Source: Candidatus Thorarchaeota archaeon (GTDB lineage: Archaea > Asgardarchaeota > Thorarchaeia > Thorarchaeales > Thorarchaeaceae). From it: 32,000 bases of DNA. The translations under genes were made by a program, and so were the position numbers. Numbering within the stretch: the stretch's first letter is position 1; every line of letters begins with the position of its first letter. Positions 1 to 7,981 of the stretch are shown here, in pieces. Below the pieces are notes generated by a model. It was not told where the DNA came from. It did not search any database and worked only from the letters and a program-made list of their open reading frames with translations. Location of the stretch: positions 1 to 32,000 of the forward strand of contig PRDJ01000063.1 in assembly GCA_003345555.1 (NCBI GenBank). The letters run 5' to 3'.

Positions 1-962
1 AGTCTTCCAGCATCGTCAGGAAGGGGGAAATCGATGATTCTGTCAAACCGACCCGGTCTCAACAGCGCAGGATCCAGAATGTCGGGACGATTTGTAGCTC
101 CAAGCACTGCGACCTGACCCCGGTTCTCAAACCCATCAAGCTCACTCAGAAGCTGCATGAGTGTTCTTTGAACCTCTCTGTCACCCGATGTGGCAATATC
201 GAGCCTTTGAGAGCCGACAGCATCAAGCTCATCCACGAATATGATTGCAGGTGCCTTCTCCTTAGCATGCAAGAATATTTCCCTAACAAGTCTTGCGCCC
301 TCTCCGATGAACTTCTGGACAAGCTCTGATCCAATAACTCGGATGAACGTCGCCTTGGTCTCATGAGCCACCGCTCTGGCACAAAGTGTCTTTCCAGTGC
401 CTGGTGCACCGGTCAGCAACACGCCCTTTGGTGGTTCGATACCCACTTGTTTGAACAATTCGGGTTTGAGCAGAGGAAGTTCCACAGTCTCTCTGATTTC
501 ACGCATCTGCTCCTTTAGACCGCCTATCTCCGCATACGAAACCGAGGGTTTCTCTTCGATTTCCATGGCCCTTATCATAGGATCCTTTGGTGCGGGCAAG
601 TCCTGAGTGACAGCGAAGGAACGTTGGTTGAGAGCAACGCGCATGCCCGGCTGCAGCTTTTCTTTCGGAACAGAGGAGGCGACATGTACGACGAAGTTTG
701 GTCCCGTAGAGCTCCTTACGACCGCTCTACCATCTTCTAGCATTTCAAGCACGGTAGCAGTTATTAGCGGCGACTGTCTGAGCTTCTCAAGTTCTGTCCT
801 GAGCGTCTGAGTCTCTTTTTCCAGTCTGCTACGCTCCGCCTGAAGTATTTGCTTCTCAGTATCCAACGCCCGAAGCCGACGTTCTAGATGTCTCGTGTAT
901 GTCTGTGCGTATGTGCTGTCATCAATGGTTTCTTCCTTCTTTGCCTCCGTGCTCCCTGGCAA
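1..962 (-). CDS. pan: Proteasome-activating nucleotidase (AAA+ ATPase), 3' end truncated by window edge
   Basis: Manual translation of the minus strand: N-terminal coiled coil ([25 protein letters not shown]), OB domain ([12 protein letters not shown]), Walker [23 protein letters not shown], Walker [55 protein letters not shown] start at 962 with GAGGTG 7 nt upstream and an in-frame TGA immediately before it. Confidence 0.97.
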   Translation of the reverse strand, partial: MPGSTEAKKEETIDDSTYAQTYTRHLERRLRALDTEKQILQAERSRLEKETQTLRTELEKLRQSPLITATVLEMLEDGRAVVRSSTGPNFVVHVASSVPKEKLQPGMRVALNQRSFAVTQDLPAPKDPMIRAMEIEEKPSVSYAEIGGLKEQMREIRETVELPLLKPELFKQVGIEPPKGVLLTGAPGTGKTLCARAVAHETKATFIRVIGSELVQKFIGEGARLVREIFLHAKEKAPAIIFVDELDAVGSQRLDIATSGDREVQRTLMQLLSELDGFENRGQVAVLGATNRPDILDPALLRPGRFDRIIDFPLPDDAGR

Positions 963-995
963 TCAAAGACACCTCGGACACACGTAGATTGCTCT

Positions 996-1005
996 GGTTT
1001 TAAGC
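996..1005 (-). promoter_or_regulatory. TATA-like box of pan
   Basis: GCTTAAAACC on the minus strand about 35-40 nt upstream of TTG962, leaving room for a short RBS-containing leader. Confidence 0.5.
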
Positions 1006-1239
1006 ATTTGGAGCAGATTCCTCTCCAAATCGACCTTCGTTCTGCTATGAGTCGACCAAGTAATCAAATCATACCGACCCCTATTGATGTCGGGATGACA
1101 GAATCACAATTCAAGAAGCCAAGCTCGGAACTGTGAGCACATACCAATTCAGCATTGAGAATGATTGGCGTCAACTGTTTTCATCGTCGGCAATCTTTAT
1201 CAAGTCAGAAGACCGTCTTGTCCAAAATGAGGGATTGCT

Positions 1240-1830
1240 CTGCCAAGCTGCGAACTGTGTGGTCGAGACATGAAGGGACCCGGCCGGAGTGTTATGATTG
1301 AAGGGGTCTCAATGGTTCTTTGCCCTCAATGTGCAGAACGCTTCGGAGACAGGACTGAGAGTCTAGCAAAGAGCGGAAGATCCAGCAACACGACTGTTCG
1401 ACCCTCTTGGCTGCCCACTGAAGAACGAAAGGCACCTACAACTCCCGCAAAGACTAGTGCCGCACGCAAACCACCCGTGTTCGTGCCCTCAAAGCCCAAG
1501 CCGCCACCGAAGCGCGCAGCAACTTTAGATGAAATGATACTTGTAGAAGACTATGCAGTCGTAATACGTACGGCGAGACAAAAGGCAAAGATATCACAAG
1601 AGCAGCTTGCGCAGAAAGTTGGAGAACGCATATCAACACTCCAAGCCATAGAAGCTGGTCGTCTGAAGCCTGTTGAGAAGGTCGTCAGGGGCTTGGAACG
1701 CGAGCTTGGCATTTCTCTCTTAGAACCCATTGGTACTGCGCCAATACTGCATGATCAGGATAGGGCTCAGGATGGCGCAACGCTAGGCGACGTCGTGAAG
1801 GTCAAACGTAAGAAATCACAGAAGACATGA
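1240..1830 (+). CDS. mbf1: Archaeal multiprotein bridging factor 1 (Zn ribbon + HTH)
   Basis: C-terminal Cro/C1 HTH (IRTARQKAKISQEQLAQKVGERISTLQAIEAGRLKP) and TLGDVV tail. The frame is open upstream of the track's ATG1270 and encodes the first CxxC (CELC) pairing with CPQC; start inferred at CTG1240. Confidence 0.93.
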   Translation: MPSCELCGRDMKGPGRSVMIEGVSMVLCPQCAERFGDRTESLAKSGRSSNTTVRPSWLPTEERKAPTTPAKTSAARKPPVFVPSKPKPPPKRAATLDEMILVEDYAVVIRTARQKAKISQEQLAQKVGERISTLQAIEAGRLKPVEKVVRGLERELGISLLEPIGTAPILHDQDRAQDGATLGDVVKVKRKKSQKT

Positions 1831-1939
1831 AAGCCCTTGAATGATGCAACGGCTGGTTTCACTCAGCATCGACAATGATATTCATCTGAGTTTGGCACAA
1901 GAACCGGCACGCAGGCAGCAGCAACTTCAACACGAAGCT

Positions 1940-1948
1940 AATATATAG
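1940..1948 (+). promoter_or_regulatory. TATA-like box of tfe operon
   Basis: AATATATAG in the mbf1-tfe gap. Confidence 0.45.
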
Positions 1949-2035
1949 TATATGTACCATAGTAGTATTGTACAAGGCTATTCGTGAGTAGTTTGAGTAC
2001 TTCGAGTACTTCATTCAACCCGCTGATTCCTGCGT

Positions 2036-2575
2036 ATGGTGACGGCTTCGATGACACAATCAATCAATCATGACCTGTTTCGCCTTGTGGTTGAAGAGAT
2101 TGCAGGTAAGGAGGGGGTAGACGTAGCCACGGTTCTTGTGAACGCAGACGAGACTACAGATGAAGAAATAGCCACTAAGACGGACTTGAAACTCAACGTC
2201 GTGCGCAGGATTCTCTACAAACTTCATGACAATCACCTAGCTTCGTATCGAAGGATTCGTGACACAAATACAGGCTGGTTCCTATACTATTGGCGTATAG
2301 ATCCAAAGAAGGCGCAGGCATTAGTTAACCACAAGAAGAGGCTCGTTCTAAGTCTCCTTGAGCAGAGACTGGAACACGAGGCAAACAACGATCTCTACGC
2401 ATGCGTGAATCGTGATTCTTCTCCGGTCCCATTCGAGGAGGCCATGAATCTCTCTTTTCGATGTCCAGCGTGCAATCAACAGCTTGAGTATGTGGATAAT
2501 GCAAGAGCAATTAGCTTCCTACGGAAGCGCGTGGAGGAGCTGAAGGCCGATCTCGAAGCCAGTACTTCAACATAG
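2036..2575 (+). CDS. tfe: Transcription factor E (TFE/TFIIE-alpha)
   Basis: Winged helix (TDEEIATKTDLKLNVVRRILYKLHDNHL, TGWFLYYW), Zn-ribbon-like segment (YAC...FRCPACNQQL), C-terminal helix. Confidence 0.95.
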   Translation: MVTASMTQSINHDLFRLVVEEIAGKEGVDVATVLVNADETTDEEIATKTDLKLNVVRRILYKLHDNHLASYRRIRDTNTGWFLYYWRIDPKKAQALVNHKKRLVLSLLEQRLEHEANNDLYACVNRDSSPVPFEEAMNLSFRCPACNQQLEYVDNARAISFLRKRVEELKADLEASTST

Positions 2576-2667
2576 AATCTAAATCATTAACAAGCCTATT
2601 TGCTAAGGAGCTTCTCGTAACCACCTGTCTATCTCTATTACAAACGCACACGCGCGGAGGCAACTCA

Positions 2668-3441
2668 TTGACACAAGTGACCCTGCCTGTCAGAGTGTAC
2701 GGCCCGTACAAAGAGAGACTAGTGGATTTGCTATCTGCGGAAATCTCCGCCTTGGCGATGAATCTGAGTATCAACATCAAACGACTAGATAGAGACGAGA
2801 CCGGCCTAGTCTCCGTGGAATTCGCTGGGGAGGACGAAGAGTTTCTTGCCAACGTCTTGGTGAAGGAATACGGCACTGTTCCGAAGCTACAGGACTTGGC
2901 CATTGGGACTCCTTATCGAGGCTGGCTCGTTGATGTAGGCAAAGTTGGCTACGGCATATATGTGGACTTGGGCATACGTCGACCTCAGAAAGTGGATAGC
3001 CTTGTTCCGCTCTTTCGTATTCGCTCACAGTTCAAGGTGCAGAAGAAACCTGCTAGGGCAATTGCAGACGCATATCTTCTCGTGGACAACTTGCCCGTCA
3101 CCGTACAAGTAGTAAGATTCGACATCACCGCACTTACGATCGAGGCGGAATTCTGTGAACCATTTCTGCAACGCATTGATAAATGGCTATCCGATGACCA
3201 CGAGCGTCTCATTGTATTGGGTTCTAGCAGAGACATGATTGATCAAGGCCTGTCGAGATCCAAACACACACAAGACATTTTCGCAGTTGAACAACTTGGC
3301 CGGTTTGAATACTGCCTTGTCTGCAAACGATCAACGCGCGCATCGGGTATAGTTGCAGCCATTGGCCCCTACTTGAGAGGGGTTCCCATGCACCTGTTCA
3401 TTCCGCGAGAGGTTCGGGGGAAAGTTCATGCCGAGACTTGA
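2668..3441 (+). CDS. DUF2110-family conserved archaeal protein
   Basis: OB-like segment GWLVDVGKVGYGIYVDLG and C-terminal LGRFEYCLVCKRSTRASGIVAAIGPYL; sits after tfe as typical for this family. Confidence 0.8.
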   Translation: MTQVTLPVRVYGPYKERLVDLLSAEISALAMNLSINIKRLDRDETGLVSVEFAGEDEEFLANVLVKEYGTVPKLQDLAIGTPYRGWLVDVGKVGYGIYVDLGIRRPQKVDSLVPLFRIRSQFKVQKKPARAIADAYLLVDNLPVTVQVVRFDITALTIEAEFCEPFLQRIDKWLSDDHERLIVLGSSRDMIDQGLSRSKHTQDIFAVEQLGRFEYCLVCKRSTRASGIVAAIGPYLRGVPMHLFIPREVRGKVHAET

Positions 3442-4102
3442 TGTGTGGCTCGTTGAGACGGGGCGATTTCGGTCTAGGCAGACCGCGAAGAGAGCTATTC
3501 GCGATGGGCTCATTACAGTCAATGGAAGGTTGGCAAAGCCTTCTACTCAACTGAACGGCACGGAGTCGATTATCATTTCCGGCGCCTCAGACCTTCTGAT
3601 GGGATATGACAAGCTGAGTCATCTAGATAGTCTCCTAGGAGGCAATGTGGTCAAGAGTGGTGACATGGTACTCGACCTCGGGAGCTCGGCAGGGGGTTTC
3701 CTCGAGTACATACTGGAGAAAGGCGCTATAGCAAAGGGAATTGAGATATCTGAGCGATTCAAAGACGGTCTTCTGCAGCTCGCCAGTACCCACCCGAACG
3801 TTTCCATAGTTATCGGAGATGCTTTCAAGATCGAACCTCTGACGCTGTTCAATGAGAGCGAGCTGGATTTGCTCTTGGTCGACGTCACAACTGACCCTGA
3901 GGGAACGGCAGCTTTGATTGCGAAGTATTCGGAGCTATTAAAGCACGGGGGCCGTCTAATCGCGGCTTTCAAGTCAAGACTGACGCCTTCCATAGCTACT
4001 GTTCTGACGGACCGGGTTTCTGCGTTAGGGTACACTGATGTAAGCGCCATAACTCTCGATGACTCTCGTCAAGAGTTTCACGTTGCAGGAGTACGCCTGT
4101 GA
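3428..4102 (+). CDS. TlyA-like RNA 2'-O-methyltransferase (S4 domain + FtsJ/RrmJ domain)
   Basis: N-terminal S4 motif RLDVWLVETGRFRSRQTAKRAIRDGLITVNG; SAM motif VLDLGSSAGGF; candidate K-D-K-E tetrad (DKL, VDV, FKS, QEF). Confidence 0.85.
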   Translation: MPRLDVWLVETGRFRSRQTAKRAIRDGLITVNGRLAKPSTQLNGTESIIISGASDLLMGYDKLSHLDSLLGGNVVKSGDMVLDLGSSAGGFLEYILEKGAIAKGIEISERFKDGLLQLASTHPNVSIVIGDAFKIEPLTLFNESELDLLLVDVTTDPEGTAALIAKYSELLKHGGRLIAAFKSRLTPSIATVLTDRVSALGYTDVSAITLDDSRQEFHVAGVRL

Positions 4103-4157
4103 ATGCTATCAAGTAGCAATGAGAGCGACGATTCTCAGAGATTGTCTTCTCACAACG

Positions 4158-4165
4158 TTTTTAAT
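4158..4165 (+). promoter_or_regulatory. TATA box of tRNA-Val
   Basis: TTTTTAAT 26-33 nt upstream of the mature 5' end. Confidence 0.6.
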
Positions 4166-4190
4166 CACAATCCCGCGAGGACTGCCTTAC

Positions 4191-4304
4191 GGGGCGGTAG
4201 TCTAGCCCGGCCATGATGACTCGCTTACACCGAGTAAGCGGTGACTCGTTAATAGTAAGTCATCGCCTCGAGGGTCACGAGTTCAAGTCTCGTCCGCCCC
4301 ACCA
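4191..4304 (+). tRNA. tRNA-Val(TAC) with 36-nt intron at 44/45 (4237-4272)
   Basis: Acceptor GGGGCGG/CCGCCCC + ACCA; anticodon arm ACTCG-CT-TAC-AC-CGAGT; T-arm ACGAG-TTCAAGT-CTCGT; BHB with central helix CGAG/CTCG and bulges TAA and AGG. Confidence 0.93.
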
Positions 4305-4385
4305 TGAACACACAATATCTCTCTTCTTTACCCTAAGATTATAACAGGGTTTCTTTCAGTCATTGAATGGCCACCAATCTACAGT

Positions 4386-4504
4386 GCGGGAGTTGCCAAG
4401 TCTGGTCAAAGGCGGCGGACTTAAGATCACGAAATCACGGGGTCATCCGATAGGACATCCGCCCTCGTAGGAGTTCGTGGGTTCGAACCCCACCTCCCGC
4501 ACCA
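4386..4504 (+). tRNA. tRNA-Leu(TAA) with 31-nt canonical 37/38 intron (4426-4456)
   Basis: GCGGGAG/CTCCCGC + ACCA; GCGGA-CT-TAA-G[intron]A-TCCGC; long variable arm; central helix CTTA/TAGG. Confidence 0.95.
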
Positions 4505-4576
4505 TTATCATTCTGGCTGATCCTGGCCGGATAGAGTTATCATTACGTTGTGTCGCGAGTACCTGTCGTGACATCG

Positions 4577-5896
4577 ATGGGATACAAGACTCTCAAGTTT
4601 CCAAAGGGGTTTCTCTGGGGTTCTGCGGCTTCAGCTCATCAGACCGAAGGCGGCAATCACAACGATTGGACAGAATGGGAAAGAATACCGGGCAAGATCA
4701 AGGATGGCACCAATTCAAGTGTGGCTTGCGACCATTATCATCGTTACGAAGAGGATTTCGATTTAGCAAAAGAGCTAGGCCATCAAGTCCACCGCTTTTC
4801 CGTTGAATGGAGCAGGATAGAACCGGACCGAGGGAAGTGGGATGAACGCGAGGTCGACCACTATCGTGCAGTGACAAAGACACTTGTACAACGTGGCATC
4901 CAACCAATGGTAACCCTTCACCATTTCACTAATCCCATCTGGTTTCGTGATGCTGGCGCTTGGCTCAATCCGAAAAGCCCTGACATGTTCGCTCCATATT
5001 GTCGCAAAATTGCCAAGGCGCTATCAGAATACGATGTAATATGGAACATCATAAATGAGCCCATGAATGTCGTAGGAGGAGGCTATCTATTGGGAGAATT
5101 TCCTCCGGGTGAACACGACTATGGTAAGGCGCTTGTTGCAGCCAAGCATCTGCTAATGGCTCATGGACTGGCTGCCAAGGGTATTCGTGAGACCTATGAT
5201 GACCTAGGTCTGCACCAGCCTCAGATTGCTCCCGTTCAAGTCGTAACATACATTGAACCATATGATCGGAGTAACGGTAGTGATGTTGAATTGGCTGAGT
5301 ACGTGGACTCTCTTTACAATCAGATGTGGCTCCAAGGCGTTATGACAGCATCTATCCCCGAACCAGCAGGTGACGGCAGTCAGTACGAACCCCTAGAGAA
5401 CTCTGCTGACTTCATTGGCGTAAACTACTACAGTCGCATGCGCGTTTCATCCAAGCTGGATTTCATGGCCGGAGAAATGCCGCCCAAAGATGACAGTCTG
5501 GAGAGATGTGAAGGACTCGATTGGGAGGTCTACCCGCAAGGTTACTATCCGGTAATCAAGTCGTACTGGGATAGGTGGCGAAAACCGCTTTTCATGACCG
5601 AGAATGGTATAGGAACTCTTGACGACCGGCTCCGATGCAGGTATATCCTAACCCATCTCCAACAAGTGCATCGGGCAATCCAAGACGGAGTAGACATTCG
5701 AGGCTACCTAGTGTGGAGTCTAACTGATAACTTTGAATGGACTGACGGACTGAGTAGTCACTTCGGCCTGATTGGAATGGACTACTCAACTCTAAAACGC
5801 ACACCAAGAGAAAGCGCCTACATGTATCGTGAGATCATCCAGAAGAACGGAATAAGCGGGTCTCTACAACAGAAGTACCTAGGCCGACATTCATAA
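4577..5896 (+). CDS. Glycoside hydrolase family 1 (beta-glucosidase/beta-galactosidase-like)
   Basis: FPKGFLWGSAASAHQTEG, RFSVEWSRIEP, TLHHF, acid/base INEP, VNYY, nucleophile TENG, WSLTDNFEW. ATG4577 preferred over the track's GTG4550. Confidence 0.95.
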   Translation: MGYKTLKFPKGFLWGSAASAHQTEGGNHNDWTEWERIPGKIKDGTNSSVACDHYHRYEEDFDLAKELGHQVHRFSVEWSRIEPDRGKWDEREVDHYRAVTKTLVQRGIQPMVTLHHFTNPIWFRDAGAWLNPKSPDMFAPYCRKIAKALSEYDVIWNIINEPMNVVGGGYLLGEFPPGEHDYGKALVAAKHLLMAHGLAAKGIRETYDDLGLHQPQIAPVQVVTYIEPYDRSNGSDVELAEYVDSLYNQMWLQGVMTASIPEPAGDGSQYEPLENSADFIGVNYYSRMRVSSKLDFMAGEMPPKDDSLERCEGLDWEVYPQGYYPVIKSYWDRWRKPLFMTENGIGTLDDRLRCRYILTHLQQVHRAIQDGVDIRGYLVWSLTDNFEWTDGLSSHFGLIGMDYSTLKRTPRESAYMYREIIQKNGISGSLQQKYLGRHS

Positions 5897-5936
5897 GGCC
5901 GCCCATTCGGCAGTTCACTCCGTCATTCTCCTATGT

Positions 5937-6515
5937 GTGGAATCCACAAACATGCTAATTGAAGCACTGATATCTTCTATGGGTGTTGTTTTTCTGGCCG
6001 AGCTTGGTGACAAGACCATGCTTGCGACCATTTGCTTTAGTGCACAGTGCAGGAAACCATTACTGGTTCTCGTTGCTTCAATGCTGGCATTGACATGTGC
6101 CACTGTGTTAGCAGTCGTCGCTGGAACAGTTCTAGCGGCCGCTTTACCATTGCAGCTGATAATCTATCTGTCTGCTATTATCTTCCTCAGCATGAGTGTC
6201 TATACACTTGTCGAAATCGACAGTGGAACTGGAGATACGAACAAGATCACAGGCACGTTCCTTAGCATGGCATCGCTGGTCTTTGTTTCGGAGTTAGGAG
6301 ACAAGACTCAGCTTGCTTGCCTGGCACTTGCGGCAGAGAGTCCTTATCCCGTTGCTATATTCATAGGAGCCATTGCTGGATTCTTTGCTGCAAATAGTAT
6401 AGCCGCAGTTGCTGGGCACAGGCTCGCAGGTTCCATTCCAATCCGCGTGATTAGAGGTGCAACTGCTACAGTCTTCATCATCATAGGCACTCTTGTTCTG
6501 CTGGGTGTCTTGTAG
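5937..6515 (+). CDS. TMEM165/GDT1 (UPF0016) family Mn2+/Ca2+ transporter
   Basis: Two copies of the family motif ELGDKT; multiple TM helices. Start may be ATG5952. Confidence 0.92.
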   Translation: MESTNMLIEALISSMGVVFLAELGDKTMLATICFSAQCRKPLLVLVASMLALTCATVLAVVAGTVLAAALPLQLIIYLSAIIFLSMSVYTLVEIDSGTGDTNKITGTFLSMASLVFVSELGDKTQLACLALAAESPYPVAIFIGAIAGFFAANSIAAVAGHRLAGSIPIRVIRGATATVFIIIGTLVLLGVL

Positions 6516-6627
6516 GTGAATAGCTTCCCTCCAGACGTATTTCAGGCAATCATGAAGTGACGACTCAAGAGCGAAGGTTTATGACTGCCGCAGAAGCTCA
6601 AGCGTCAAGAATGAAGGTGAGGCAGCA

Positions 6628-7980
6628 TTGAGCCTGCAGGATTCCGGATATAGAGGTCTAGTTCTTAGAAAACTCGAAGAAGCCAACGCTCAGCTCGGAG
6701 ACAGAATCAGGATTTCACTGAAAGATGGGGAAGTGACCGGCATACTCATGCCTCGTGCTCAAATCGGAGCCGACCCGGACCATGCGGTAATCAAGATGGA
6801 CAATGGGTATAACATTGGAGTTCGCATTGACGCTCAGGTAACGGTTAGCTTGGTTCAGAAAGCCGGGGCAGGAAAGCGTCCAAGTTCAAGGGCCACCGCT
6901 GTTGAGACGCCAGGCCTTCCAAGCGTGGCTATATTGAGTACCGGGGGGACCATCGCAAGTAGAGTTGACTACCGGACTGGTGCTGTTAATCCGGCACTCA
7001 CTGCAGAGGACTTGTATGACACAGTCCCGGAACTGAAAGAGCACGCCAACGTTCGTGCCAAAGTAATCATGAGCGTCCTTTCTGAGAACATTCATCCTAA
7101 AGACTGGACAACAATCGCAGGGGCTGTAGCCTTAGAAATCAGGCGAGGTGCTGATGGAGTAGTGATACCACACGGCACAGATACGCTTGGAGTGACCTCC
7201 GCAGCTATGGCATTCGCACTCCAGGAATTGCCCGTACCCGTAGTATTGGTGGGTTCTCAAAGGTCATCTGACAGGCCTTCGTCTGACGCGGCATTGAACC
7301 TCATAGGCGCAACAGAGATTGCATGTAAGGCTAATGCGGCTGAAGTCATGCTAGCTATGCACGGGGAACCTAGTGATAGCTTCATTCTTGCCCACAGGGG
7401 AACGCGTGTCCGCAAGTGTCATACAAGCAGACGAGACGCTTTTCAATCAGTGAACTGCTCCCCTATCTTTAGGTATGATTCTGCGGGAATCACAGAGATC
7501 TCATCTCCAATCAGTCGTCGTGACACCACGAGGAAAATTCGTCTGAAGCCCGACTTTGACGACAAAGTCGTGCTCATCAAGACCTATCCGGGCATTAGTG
7601 AAGGCATGATAGACATGATCGTTGATGCCAAATACCGAGGATTGGTAATAGAGGGCACAGGCCTTGGTCATGCACCCGAACGAATTCATTCGTCCATAAG
7701 AAGGGCAATTGATGCTGGCGTCATTGTGGCCATGACGAGCCAATGCATCTGGGGGAGAGTTAACATGAACGTGTATCGTCCGGGTGTTGAACTGCTACAG
7801 ATGGGTGTAATACCCTGCGAAGACATGCTACCTGAAACAGCACTAGTCAAACTGATGTGGCTTCTGGCGAACAAGAAGGAAACCGATGAAGTTAGGACCG
7901 CGATGACCCAGAGCATTGTTGGAGAGATTGGAACCAGGACCGAGTTATCCGCAGGGGCTGGCCGTAAGGAGGGCGAATGA
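6628..7980 (+). CDS. gatD: Glutamyl-tRNA(Gln) amidotransferase subunit D
   Basis: N-terminal KMDNGYNIG domain, TGGTIASRVDYRTG, HGTDT, GSQRSSDRPSSDA, CHTSRRDAF; followed by gatE. Confidence 0.98.
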   Translation: MSLQDSGYRGLVLRKLEEANAQLGDRIRISLKDGEVTGILMPRAQIGADPDHAVIKMDNGYNIGVRIDAQVTVSLVQKAGAGKRPSSRATAVETPGLPSVAILSTGGTIASRVDYRTGAVNPALTAEDLYDTVPELKEHANVRAKVIMSVLSENIHPKDWTTIAGAVALEIRRGADGVVIPHGTDTLGVTSAAMAFALQELPVPVVLVGSQRSSDRPSSDAALNLIGATEIACKANAAEVMLAMHGEPSDSFILAHRGTRVRKCHTSRRDAFQSVNCSPIFRYDSAGITEISSPISRRDTTRKIRLKPDFDDKVVLIKTYPGISEGMIDMIVDAKYRGLVIEGTGLGHAPERIHSSIRRAIDAGVIVAMTSQCIWGRVNMNVYRPGVELLQMGVIPCEDMLPETALVKLMWLLANKKETDEVRTAMTQSIVGEIGTRTELSAGAGRKEGE

Positions 7981-7981
7981 G

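Noticed and set aside
1838-1892. Possible C/D box sRNA (ATGATGC...CTCA...ATGATAT...CTGA)
   Set aside because: Three of four boxes are imperfect and the second guide would be only 4 nt.
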